Assembly (NCBI GenBank): GCA_016185545.1
Contig: JACPNJ010000001.1
Location: 22,565 to 86,564 of the forward strand
Source: Candidatus Yanofskybacteria bacterium
GTDB taxonomy: Bacteria; Patescibacteriota; Minisyncoccia; 2-02-FULL-40-12; IGHO2-01-FULL-4-A
Length of the DNA: 64,000 bases
Direction: 5' to 3'
Made by a program: the position numbers and the translations under genes. The notes beneath the pieces were generated by a model, which worked only from the letters and a program-made list of their open reading frames with translations, searched no databases and was not told the DNA's origin. Shown here in pieces: positions 18,521-28,591 of this stretch; within the stretch, counting starts at the first letter, position 1, and the number at the start of each line of letters is the position of its first letter.

Positions 18521-19141
18521 ATGAGATATAACCACTTCAAGTTAAATAAATGCGAACTAAACTTATTCCGCAGGCTGAATACACCAAAAAAAATACAAGA
18601 TTTTCTGGAGGGCGTGCCAATTAATTTTGACCATAATAAAGACACCTGCGTGTCGCCGCGGGTTTTGCTTGAGAGAAACAAAGCGCACTGTATTGAGGCG
18701 GCATTTTTTGCGGCGGCGGTACTATGGTTTCATGGCCATCAACCGCTGCTTTTAGATTTGCAGGCCACAGCTGATGATTATGACCACGTGGTGGCGTTAT
18801 TTCGTCGCAATGGCTATTGGGGTGCGATAAGCAAGACAAATCATGCCGTTTTGCGCTATCGGGAGCCGGTTTATAGAAATATCCGTGAATTGGCAATGTC
18901 TTATTTTCACGAATATTTTGATGATAATGGCAAGAAGAACCTGCGCGCTTACTCCCGACCGTTTAATCTTGCCCGCCTTGGCAAGAGCTGGATTACTTCC
19001 GAAAAAGACCTGTGGCATATTGCTGAAGCGCTGGATGACTCGCCGCACCATAAGATACTTATACGCAGTATGATTGCCGGTCTTCGTCAGGCCGACTCGA
19101 CAGAAATCAAAACCGGTAAAATTGTACAGTACAAGAAATAA
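18521..19141 (+). CDS. Conserved protein with transglutaminase-like Cys-His motifs
   Basis: AHCIEAA, DHVVALF, WGAISKTNH. Confidence 0.65.
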   Translation: MRYNHFKLNKCELNLFRRLNTPKKIQDFLEGVPINFDHNKDTCVSPRVLLERNKAHCIEAAFFAAAVLWFHGHQPLLLDLQATADDYDHVVALFRRNGYWGAISKTNHAVLRYREPVYRNIRELAMSYFHEYFDDNGKKNLRAYSRPFNLARLGKSWITSEKDLWHIAEALDDSPHHKILIRSMIAGLRQADSTEIKTGKIVQYKK

Positions 19142-19162
19142 AACAGTTGGCGTGTTTTTGTT

Positions 19163-19612
19163 TTATTTCTTAACTGCTAATAGCCACCTGACGGCTTCTT
19201 CGTCCCACCAGTTTTTGACAAAGTATTTAAGTGCATAACTGTGATTGGTGCCAAACCAAGTATCGTGGAAGTAGATTCTTTTGGAAGTAATTTTTTTGAT
19301 GATAGAGTAGTGGCTTTCCTTGTGGGTCGGTATCCAATAGGCGACAACGACCCAATGATTTTTCAGATACTTCTTAAGATCTTTGGCGGCGGCATGTTCT
19401 TTAACACGAAATTTGATGCCGTTTTTTCCCAAGAGCCGCAAAAGATTAACGTTGCCGGTACCTCTTCGGGGAGTAGCCCGTAATTCCTTGACGATTTTTC
19501 TAATGTCCATTTTAGTATCATAATAGTGCAGTAAAATCCTTGCCACGGCAGGCCCGCAAGTCCAGTCATTTTTTTGTTTGTAGTCGTATCGGAGAAGAGT
19601 CAACATTCGCAC
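19163..19612 (-). CDS. C39-like cysteine peptidase
   Basis: QKNDWTCGPA, SHYSII, FHD. Confidence 0.75.
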   Translation of the reverse strand: MRMLTLLRYDYKQKNDWTCGPAVARILLHYYDTKMDIRKIVKELRATPRRGTGNVNLLRLLGKNGIKFRVKEHAAAKDLKKYLKNHWVVVAYWIPTHKESHYSIIKKITSKRIYFHDTWFGTNHSYALKYFVKNWWDEEAVRWLLAVKK

Positions 19613-19920
19613 TATTTAATCAGTATCAAGAAAAGGGTGCAAGAATTGACCAATTCAAGGTTGTGTGGTATCAAAAAGTGAAAACTGTGCCGCCATTCTA
19701 ACTAAGTTTTCCACATTTGTAATTTCGCATCGTTTTGCTATACTTAAAATTTAGGATAATTTAGAAAATTAATTAGCTTCGCTGGGTCGTAGCGGAGCGG
19801 TAAAATAAAGTTAAACGCATTTAGTTTTAAAAATAATTGTGATGGTTTAAACCCATCTCACACAATAACGGGCAGTTTTTCTCGGCTGAATAGCAGGGGT
19901 AAACTGTTCAAAAAACATAT

Positions 19921-20646
19921 ATGAATTTTAGAAAAAATACGGTAATTTATTCTACAATTTTAGCCCTTGCGGTTTTTGGACTTCTTGGGTGGTCCTTGGC
20001 AATAAACAGGGGCGGAGATGTAAGAGCTGACGATGATAACGATACGAAGGTTGATGAAGAAACATTGGAAGACCTCTATGAGTCCGTTTTCCATCGGCCG
20101 GCTGACGCCGGCGGCAAGGCATTTCACCGCGGCCGTAAGTTGAAAGATGTCCTAAGGGATTTTAAGAATTCCCAAGAAATGAGATATTACGGAGCTTTGT
20201 TCAAGGCGGTAAAATCATACGAAGAGGCCCAGCGCGCACCGGGTGCGTTAACCGAAGCAGAAAAACAGAGCCACCTGGACCTTATTGACTCTGCTTTGTC
20301 TAGCTTGCTTGCTTGGGTCGCGACTTTGCCTGACCAGGATGCATGTAAAGCAACAGTCGGCGCCATTGAGGCCAGAGATGCCATTCAAGCTGCTTATGAC
20401 GGTATGAGTCCGGTTGCAAGAGCTGCCGCGGAAAAGGGAATTTTTAAGGCCCTCAAGGAATTGGGCAAACCAAAAAATCTCACTGTACATTCGAAGTGCT
20501 TGAGAACGCCAACCCCATTAAAATCTGTGTCGCCGTCCGCATCGCCGACGGCCAGCCCAACTGCAACACCGACACCAACCGTTACTCCAACAGCTACGCC
20601 AACTCCTACAGCCACACCGACAGCAACTCCGACCCCCACTACTTAA
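19921..20646 (+). CDS. Secreted/surface protein with Pro-Thr repeat tail
   Basis: Signal peptide ending VRA; C-terminal (TP/TA)n. Confidence 0.75.
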   Translation: MNFRKNTVIYSTILALAVFGLLGWSLAINRGGDVRADDDNDTKVDEETLEDLYESVFHRPADAGGKAFHRGRKLKDVLRDFKNSQEMRYYGALFKAVKSYEEAQRAPGALTEAEKQSHLDLIDSALSSLLAWVATLPDQDACKATVGAIEARDAIQAAYDGMSPVARAAAEKGIFKALKELGKPKNLTVHSKCLRTPTPLKSVSPSASPTASPTATPTPTVTPTATPTPTATPTATPTPTT

Positions 20647-20665
20647 TTGGACTGTTGCACTAATT

Positions 20666-20706
20666 AAAACAAAACTCCATGCCATACGGCATGGAGTTTT
20701 GTTTTT
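20666..20706. terminator. Bidirectional intrinsic terminator
   Basis: aaaacaaaactccatgcc-atac-ggcatggagttttgtttt between convergent genes. Confidence 0.75.
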
Positions 20707-20743
20707 GCTGAGTTAATATTTATATTAAACTAATCTTCTCCAT

Positions 20744-21937
<1,194 letters not shown>

Positions 21938-21971
21938 TTATACTGCTTATTATGTTAAATTACTGCTACTT

Positions 21972-22664
21972 ATGCAAAAGGTAACTCTACAAGCGGAGAC
22001 GAGAAGTATAATCGGCAGACAGGTGAAGTCGCTAAGACGGCAGGGTTTTGTGCCAGCGGTGGTCTATGGGCACGAATTTAAGCCATTATCTATTCAAGTG
22101 CCGTTGAAGGATTTTGAGCGTGTTTACGCTGAAGCGGGGGAGTCAACGGTGGTTTACCTGAATGTTAACGGGCAAGACCATCCTACCATTATCCATGATA
22201 TTGTTCGCGATGCGCTAAGCGATAAGTTCTTGCACGCCGATTTTTACAAAGTACGATTGGACGAGAAAATAAGCGCCAAAATTCAACTTAATTTTATAGG
22301 CGAATCGCCGGCGGTTAAGGGTCTGGGCGGCATCTTAGTTAAAAACATATCAGAAATTGAAGTTGAAGGTTTTCCGCAGGATTTACCGCACCAGATTGAT
22401 GTTGATATTTCCGGCATGGCCGAGCTCAGAAGCCACATTCAAATCAAGGACCTGCCAATCTCAACCAAGCTTGAGGTTAAGGCCGAACCGGAAGCAATCA
22501 TAGCCCTTATTCAGGAGCCGATATCCGAAGAAGAATTAAAAGCCCAGCTTGAAACTCCAGCCGCGGCCGCGCCGGAAGATGTTGAGGTTATCAAGAAAGA
22601 GAAGCCTGAGGAGGAAGTCGCCGAAGAAACACCTGCCACTCCAGCCGAAAAACCAGAAAAATAG
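21972..22664 (+). CDS. rplY: 50S ribosomal protein L25/Ctc
   Basis: LRRQGFVPAVVYG, HADF, acidic tail. Confidence 0.92.
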   Translation: MQKVTLQAETRSIIGRQVKSLRRQGFVPAVVYGHEFKPLSIQVPLKDFERVYAEAGESTVVYLNVNGQDHPTIIHDIVRDALSDKFLHADFYKVRLDEKISAKIQLNFIGESPAVKGLGGILVKNISEIEVEGFPQDLPHQIDVDISGMAELRSHIQIKDLPISTKLEVKAEPEAIIALIQEPISEEELKAQLETPAAAAPEDVEVIKKEKPEEEVAEETPATPAEKPEK

Positions 22665-22671
22665 CGCTCAT

Positions 22672-22946
22672 CCCCTGCCAATTTTTATCAGGTGTCCTCG
22701 CAGTACAAATAATATGTTGATTTTCTCGTTTTTCTGTCAGGCGAAGTTTCTTGTGGGCGGTGCTTTAGCCCGCCCATAGAATCTCCTCTGATAAAAAAAT
22801 CGTACCCCTTACGCTCACCCAGCCCCACTTTTATTCTAAAAGTGGGGCTGGGTTCGCTCCGTCCCAATTTTCTTTATCAGCGAAAAACTTCAAAAATCAA
22901 CATTTATTTGTTACTACTCAAGCCAATTGATAAAAATTGACAGGGG
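22672..22946. mobile_element. Long palindromic MITE-like element, family A copy 1
   Basis: Terminal IR ccctgccaatttttatca/tgataaaaattgacagggg; homologous to 55017-55247. Confidence 0.8.
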
Positions 22947-23116
22947 CTCGCTCTAGTCTAAAATTCAGCTTTTTCAAGTTTTTTATGCAAGATGTCTTGT
23001 CAGAATACCACACGCTATTGACACGCTATAGGTCTATATGCTAACCTATTTTTGATGCTAGGGAGTCTAAAAAGCTCCGGCAGGTTGATCTTTTACAATT
23101 GACTACGGAGGGGATA

Positions 23117-23794
23117 ATGAAAATAAAACATAATAGCGGAAGATATGAGTTAGTTGATAGAAATTCAAAAAAGTTTTGGGAAGCAACTTGGAAAGATAAA
23201 AAGGTAACCGTTCGCTTCGGGAGAATAGGAACGGTTGGACAAACTTTACGAAAAACTTTTTTTAATGACGTGTCTGCTAATAGTTATTTTCACGACAAAA
23301 TTGAGGAAAAATGTCGAAAAGGATATAAGCTTGTAGGCACTGCGACTTATCCTCAAAGTGATTCCAATTCCCTGGTAATCTGCCATTCATATGTTGGGGA
23401 GCATACTGAGGAGGTAGCCAAGGGATTATGTCGGTGGCTTACGAAATGTTTAAAGAAAAAAATGCCCGTCATAGAGTTCGAGAAGATTTGGATGGAATTC
23501 AGGGAAAACGATGAAGGAGCAAAAGCAGTTCCCGGCTTTACGATTGTATATGGAGAAAAAGAATACTGGTCAGATAATCTTGATTTTTCAGAAGACCTTG
23601 TTCTCGACAGTATATACAAAAAAGCCGTAGAGAAGGGGGCGGACAGGTTCATCACCTTCAACAGCAATGGTTTTACCGATATTGTGGCAATACGCGGAAA
23701 ACCGACGCCACGGGAAATTGCCACCTTGGTTCTGGGTTCAGAAGAAAATGCTAGATATCAGATCGAAGAAGACGTGACTGGTGTATTAAGTTAA
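23117..23794 (+). CDS. WGR domain-containing protein
   Basis: SKKFWE...VTVRFGRIGTVGQ...EEKCRKGY; GGAGG RBS. Confidence 0.75.
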   Translation: MKIKHNSGRYELVDRNSKKFWEATWKDKKVTVRFGRIGTVGQTLRKTFFNDVSANSYFHDKIEEKCRKGYKLVGTATYPQSDSNSLVICHSYVGEHTEEVAKGLCRWLTKCLKKKMPVIEFEKIWMEFRENDEGAKAVPGFTIVYGEKEYWSDNLDFSEDLVLDSIYKKAVEKGADRFITFNSNGFTDIVAIRGKPTPREIATLVLGSEENARYQIEEDVTGVLS

Positions 23795-23877
23795 AATATT
23801 TCTAACAATTAGGTCGAGCAGAGCGAAGAATCGCTCTTTTTTATTTGTTTGTCCGCACACAGCGAATCGAGTCCTAT

Positions 23878-24143
23878 CAAAAATTACAAACCCTAATCCC
23901 AGCCGTAGTTTTAGCAAAAACTACGGCTGGGTGATTTTTATCACTTCGATAATGAATTACTGCTAAAAATTAGAGCGAGGCCATTATGCCTCATAGCACC
24001 GTCAAAAGAGTGGATTGCACGGTTTGCGAGCAGTACAATAGTAAAGCACTGCGAGCAAAATCCACGCTTTTGACGGAATGCAGAATTCTCGCTGGGAATT
24101 CAAATGGTGATAGGAGGCATAATGGCGAGCGGATAATTTTTGA
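23878..24143. mobile_element. Composite palindromic element: family C shell with nested family B (23980-24126)
   Basis: tcaaaaattacaaacc end shared with 51542-51830; core homologous to 53393-53538. Confidence 0.75.
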
Positions 24144-24152
24144 TGGGGCGAA

Positions 24153-24692
24153 CTAAAATTTGACGCTTTTTGCGTAGTCCTCCCATTTTTGGAGCTGGGA
24201 TGGAGTTAGTAATCTGGATTGTTCTATGAGTGTTTTGATATTTTCAAAATTAAAATCTATTTGAGCACCGGGTTTTAATTCATCAACTATTGTTTGGCTT
24301 AAAACGGTTTCTATGAAAACTTTCTGGCCGTTGGTCAAAGTTGTATTTGTGAATTTACCCAGATAACCGGCAAGGGCACGGCGGGTTAATTTTATTTTAC
24401 TGTCGCCAATTTGCGCCGTTTCGGTGATTTTAATTTCACTTATCAGTGCCTGCTGTTTTTGGCCATCAAGAAATGACCTGATTTGCGGTCCGCCGAATAG
24501 TAGGACGACAATTCCGAAAAACAGAGCATAGCGTGTTGTCCGGCAAAGCGTGCAATCGCCGCCGAAAATATATTTCTTAGACCACTTTTTTACCTTTACC
24601 CCCCAGCCGGGACCGAACTCAAAAACCGGACCGCTAAAAAATATTGGCTGTTGATGGTCGTGCCCAATCGACTTGTAATCGTGTTCTATCAT
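24153..24692 (-). CDS. Hypothetical single-TM protein
   Basis: ORF coupled to prfA stop (ATGA); one TM helix. Confidence 0.6.
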   Translation of the reverse strand: MIEHDYKSIGHDHQQPIFFSGPVFEFGPGWGVKVKKWSKKYIFGGDCTLCRTTRYALFFGIVVLLFGGPQIRSFLDGQKQQALISEIKITETAQIGDSKIKLTRRALAGYLGKFTNTTLTNGQKVFIETVLSQTIVDELKPGAQIDFNFENIKTLIEQSRLLTPSQLQKWEDYAKSVKF

Positions 24693-25600
24693 TTGAGATT
24701 TTGAGCTAGTTCTTCAAATAGTGGATTCAGATGTCCATCAAGAATTTTTTGAATGTTACCCCAGCTTTTTTTAATGCGGTGATCGGTGATGCGATCTTGG
24801 GGAAAATTATAGGTACGGATTTTCTCGGCGCGTTCAGCAGAGCCGATCTGCTTGCGGCGTTCCTCGGTAATCACGCCGACTTCTTCCTGTTTTTTTATAT
24901 CCAATAGCTTGGAGCGCAAAATATCAAGGGCCAGTTCTTTATTTCGTGCTTGAGAACGTTCACGCTGGGAACTTACAACAATGCCTGTTGGTTTGTGGGT
25001 AAGGCGCACGGCAGTCGAAACTTTATTGACATTTTGGCCCCCGGGGCCGCCGGCGCGATACATGGTCATTTCTATGTCTTCCGGCTTGATTTCAATGTCT
25101 GTTTCCCGTGCTTTAGGTAAGACGGCAACGGTGGCGGTTGAGGTATGAACACGGCCGCTTTTTTCTGTTTCGGGTATTCTTTGAACACGATGCACACCCG
25201 ATTCATATTGCATTTTTTCGTAGACATCTCTGCCGGATAATTCAAAAATTATATTCTTGTAACCACCCAATGATGTTTGGCTATAATCCATTACATTAAA
25301 TTGCCAGCTCTGAAGCACGGCGTATTTTTTGTACATTTCAAAAAGTTTAGTAGCGAAAAGCGCCGCCTCTTCGCCGCCGGTGCCGGCACGTATTTCAACA
25401 ATGACTTCTGATCGGCCTTGCCCTAAACCTGCCAGACCTGAGCCAGCCGAGTGGGTCGGATGACTATCCGCCAATAGCCGTTCAATTTCCGCATATCTTT
25501 TAGACGCTTCAGCCACCCGCTTGTAATCTAAAACAAACTCGGGATCAACGAGTTGTTTTTGGATTTCATCAAGTTCTTTTTTGAGGTTTTCTGGGATCAT
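24689..25600 (-). CDS. prfA: Peptide chain release factor 1 (shortened domain 1)
   Basis: [21 protein letters not shown] (PxT), [11 protein letters not shown]. Confidence 0.92.
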   Translation of the reverse strand: MIPENLKKELDEIQKQLVDPEFVLDYKRVAEASKRYAEIERLLADSHPTHSAGSGLAGLGQGRSEVIVEIRAGTGGEEAALFATKLFEMYKKYAVLQSWQFNVMDYSQTSLGGYKNIIFELSGRDVYEKMQYESGVHRVQRIPETEKSGRVHTSTATVAVLPKARETDIEIKPEDIEMTMYRAGGPGGQNVNKVSTAVRLTHKPTGIVVSSQRERSQARNKELALDILRSKLLDIKKQEEVGVITEERRKQIGSAERAEKIRTYNFPQDRITDHRIKKSWGNIQKILDGHLNPLFEELAQNLK

Positions 25601-25628
25601 GGGATTATTCGAGAATTAGGATCGGCTA

Positions 25629-25877
25629 TTATTTTTTAATACGAGGTTTTTTAACGGCTTTGGTTTTGATCGCTTCTTCTGACTTAGTCATCCTCTTTTT
25701 GAATTTCTCAACTCGGCCGCGAGTATCAAGCATCTTCTCCTTCCCAGTATAAAAGGGATGGCAATTACTGCAAATTTCCACGCTAATCTCCGGCATCGTT
25801 GAGCCGGTAGTCCACTTATTCCCGCACGCGCAATGTACTTTAGCCTCGTAGTATTTTGGATGAATATCGTTTTTCAT
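25629..25877 (-). CDS. rpmE: 50S ribosomal protein L31
   Basis: [23 protein letters not shown]. Confidence 0.96.
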   Translation of the reverse strand: MKNDIHPKYYEAKVHCACGNKWTTGSTMPEISVEICSNCHPFYTGKEKMLDTRGRVEKFKKRMTKSEEAIKTKAVKKPRIKK

Positions 25878-25949
25878 TATTGTAATATTAACATATTTTA
25901 TTGGTTTTCCACAAGTGGTGGATGGGACTAGTTTTATTTGGTACTAAAA

Positions 25950-25986
25950 ATCAAAAAGTCCTGCTATTTTGCCAGGACTTTTTGAT
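25950..25986 (-). terminator. Intrinsic terminator after tRNA-like gene
   Basis: atcaaaaagtcctg-N9-caggactttttgat. Confidence 0.7.
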
Positions 25987-25988
25987 TG

Positions 25989-26060
25989 TGGACCCGACGG
26001 GGCTTGCACCCGCTTCGTTACGTGTCAATGGTAACATGTTACTCCATACACCACGGGCCC
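25989..26060 (-). tRNA. Aberrant tRNA-Val(GAC)-like gene (G3:U70 pair, 9-nt anticodon loop)
   Basis: GGGCCCG/CGGGTCC-A acceptor, GTGT/ACAT D-stem, GTTAC-CATTGACAC-GTAAC, T-arm GCGGG-TGCAAGC-CCCGT. Confidence 0.65.
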
Positions 26061-26165
26061 GGATCCACATTCGCGAGCTTAAAACAAAAAGAGCCCTTTT
26101 GCAAAGGCCCTATTTGTTGACACGTAACTTTTGCCCGTGTATTGCACAGAGCAAGTTACCATTGA
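26061..26165 (-). ncRNA. Structured 5' leader with antisense copies of the downstream tRNA arms
   Basis: Two hairpins; TCAATGGTAAC, GTTACGTGTCAA and GTGGATCCG complementary to tRNA segments. Confidence 0.55.
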
Positions 26166-26169
26166 GCCC

Positions 26170-26197
26170 ATTATAGCAAACCCAAATATTATGTCAA
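26170..26197 (-). promoter_or_regulatory. Consensus sigma70 promoter
   Basis: TTGACA-N16-TATAAT with extended TG and GC-rich discriminator GGGCTC. Confidence 0.8.
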
Positions 26198-26353
26198 TTG
26201 TTTGTGGATAACCAAAATACTGAGAATAACTCGGTTTTTTTACTCCCAGGGGGTGGGGAATTAAAAGACAAAGTGTTAGATATTTTTGGAAATTTCTGGA
26301 GTTTCTATAAATAAGCTCTAGAAATGAGCCATAGCAATAACTGATGCCTTTCT

Positions 26354-26474
26354 TTACTTAGAGGCTCAGCCTCTAAGTAACCAACAACTTACAATTTTTG
26401 CCGAGACACCTCGGCTTTTATTTTACTTTCGCCGCACAGGTTACTTAGAGGTTGAGCCTCTAAGTAACCTGTGC
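26354..26474. repeat. REP doublet upstream of RAYT
   Basis: ttacttagaggc-tca-gcctctaagtaa (26354-26380) and extended inverted copy (26434-26474). Confidence 0.85.
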
Positions 26475-26488
26475 TATAAGTTTAATCT

Positions 26489-27151
26489 ATGAGAAAACTT
26501 CAATTTGAAAATGGAGAGTTTTATCACATATACAACCGGGGCAACAATAAAAGGCCTATTTTTATGAAATCTTTTGATTTGCAGAGATTTTTGCAAAGTA
26601 TGATTGAATTCAATGTAGATGGACCAATCGGAAGTATTTATGCCGTTTCTTTCAACAAAGAATCACTTAGAGGCTCAGCCTCTAAGTCGAGACGACCAGT
26701 TGATATTGTTTGTTATTGCCTAAATCCTAACCATTTTCATCTTTTAGTTAGACAGTTGGAAAACGATGGAATTAAGAATTTTATGCATAAATTAGGAACT
26801 GGATATACAATGTATTTTAATAATAAACACGAATTGAACGGTGGACTTTTTCAGGGGAGATATAAAGCAATTCACATAGATACAAATGATTATCTGTTGT
26901 ATTTAAGCGCTTATATCAATTTAAATCCTGAAGCCCATCAACTTAGAGGCTCAGCCTCTAAGTTGTGCCAATCAAGTTGGAATGAATATATCGGTGATAA
27001 ATCTAGCAAGGGTAAATTGTGCAATACCAGGATTGTATTGTCGCAGTTTGAAACCGTGGAGGGTTATAAAAAATTTGCCGAAAAGGCGCTCGGGGTGATT
27101 ATAGAGAAAAAAGAGATGGAAGAATCCCTGAAGCTTTTACTTAGAGGCTGA
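26489..27151 (+). mobile_element. REP-associated tyrosine transposase (RAYT, Y1/HUH)
   Basis: YHIYNRG, YCLNPNHFHLL (HUH), LFQGRYK, YINLNP, SSW; REP copies at 26665, 26941, 27139. Confidence 0.9.
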
Positions 27152-27231
27152 GCCTCTAAGTGGCTATGGGCGCTTGCTTGGCGCTTTAAATTTTGTTATT
27201 ATTCTCAGCATGTCAGAAGTTAGTAGTACAA

Positions 27232-27335
27232 CCCCGTTAGATATTTACGTTGTTAAGCAAACTAACGAGGTTAAATCGGGCATATTGTTAATTTATGGAA
27301 ACCGCGACAAAACAATCTATATCTAACGGGGCAGG
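27232..27335 (+). mobile_element. CCCCGTTAGA...TCTAACGGGG-CAGG hairpin element in rpsB 5' region
   Basis: Terminal IR ccccgttagatat/atatctaacgggg plus CAGG tail. Confidence 0.75.
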
Positions 27336-28047
27336 CCAATTTTTGCCGGCTTATGAAGATATGGTTAAATCCGGAATGCATTTTGGGCGGAAAAAGACGA
27401 TTTTTCATCCCAATATGAAGCCCTACGTCTATACACTCAAGGACAATATCTATATTTTGGATTTGATTAAAACGACCGATTCGCTTATTAAAGCTATAGA
27501 TTTTCTGAAAAAAGCAATTGTCGAAGGCAAAATGATTTTATTTGTCGGTTTGACCAAGCAGTCAGCTGAAACGACTAGAACAGCCGCCGAAGCATTAAGT
27601 ATGCCTTACGTTATAAATCGCTGGTTAGGCGGGACGCTGACCAACTTCAAAACCATTATTGGTCGGGTAAAGTATCTGGAAGATCTTGAAAAAAAGCAGA
27701 CAGATGATGGTTTTGAAGGATTTACTAAAAAAGAGAAGATATTAAAAGAAAGAGAAATCGCCGCCTTGCGGCTTAAATTTGACGGTATTCGCAAGCTGAC
27801 TCGCGTACCCGATATCATATTTATTACTTCGCTCAAAGAGAGCCAGTTACCCGTGCGTGAAGCCAAAAGAGCGGGGGTTAAGGTGGTAGGCATAGTGAAT
27901 ACGGACAGTGATCCCAAACAGATAGATTATCCGATTGTGGCGAATGACAATTCCAAGAAATCGGTGGAGTTGATATTGGAAGCAGTCAGGAAAGGAACTT
28001 CTGGCTACGAAGGTACGAATAAATACGAAAATACGAATGATTTGTAA
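27295..28047 (+). CDS. rpsB: 30S ribosomal protein S2
   Basis: GMHFG, RWLGGTLTNF, VNTDSDP, ANDNS. Confidence 0.95.
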   Translation: METATKQSISNGAGQFLPAYEDMVKSGMHFGRKKTIFHPNMKPYVYTLKDNIYILDLIKTTDSLIKAIDFLKKAIVEGKMILFVGLTKQSAETTRTAAEALSMPYVINRWLGGTLTNFKTIIGRVKYLEDLEKKQTDDGFEGFTKKEKILKEREIAALRLKFDGIRKLTRVPDIIFITSLKESQLPVREAKRAGVKVVGIVNTDSDPKQIDYPIVANDNSKKSVELILEAVRKGTSGYEGTNKYENTNDL

Positions 28048-28062
28048 TTTCGCAATAATACG

Positions 28063-28512
28063 ATGTCCGATATAGAACTGATCAAACAATTACGCGACTC
28101 TACCGGTCTTTCTTTTAATGAGATTAAACGTGCCTTGGACGAAGCCGATGGAGACAAATCGCGAGCACTGGAAGTGCTAAAAGCTCACGGTGTTAAAGTA
28201 GCCGAAAAGAAAGCATTGCGCGCAACCGGTCAGGGCAGGGTGGAGGCATACATCCATTCAAATAAAAAAGTCGGGGTTTTGGTGGAACTGTTGTGTGAGA
28301 CCGACTTTGTAGCGCACAATCCATTGTTTGGTGAATTGGCTCATGAAATAGCAATGCATGTCGCGGCAATGGATCCGAAAGACAATCGTGAATTATTGGG
28401 CCAGCCGTACATAAGGGATCAGGACATAACCATCGAACAGCTTATTACCCAACACATTGCTAAATTGGGCGAGAATATTAAAGTGGGGAAGTTTTGTAGG
28501 TTGCAGTTATAG
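28063..28512 (+). CDS. tsf: Elongation factor Ts (short form)
   Basis: IKQLRDSTG, ELLCETDFVA, KLGENI. Confidence 0.92.
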   Translation: MSDIELIKQLRDSTGLSFNEIKRALDEADGDKSRALEVLKAHGVKVAEKKALRATGQGRVEAYIHSNKKVGVLVELLCETDFVAHNPLFGELAHEIAMHVAAMDPKDNRELLGQPYIRDQDITIEQLITQHIAKLGENIKVGKFCRLQL

Positions 28513-28591
28513 GTTATAGCTTATAGGTGTTAGGTCATAGCTTTGATTCGGAAAGCTATCGACCATCAGCTATCAGTTATTATCAGCTGAT

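Noticed and set aside
25989-26165. tmRNA (G3:U70, short variable region)
   Set aside because: Both acceptor strands lie within 72 nt with a D-stem; no tag ORF or pseudoknots, and not the permuted two-piece order
26061-26165. T-box riboswitch
   Set aside because: No AGGGTGGNACCGCG antiterminator consensus or stem I motifs
26354-27161. CRISPR array from the 23-bp repeats
   Set aside because: Irregular spacing (about 87-275 bp), mixed orientation, inside a transposase, no cas genes
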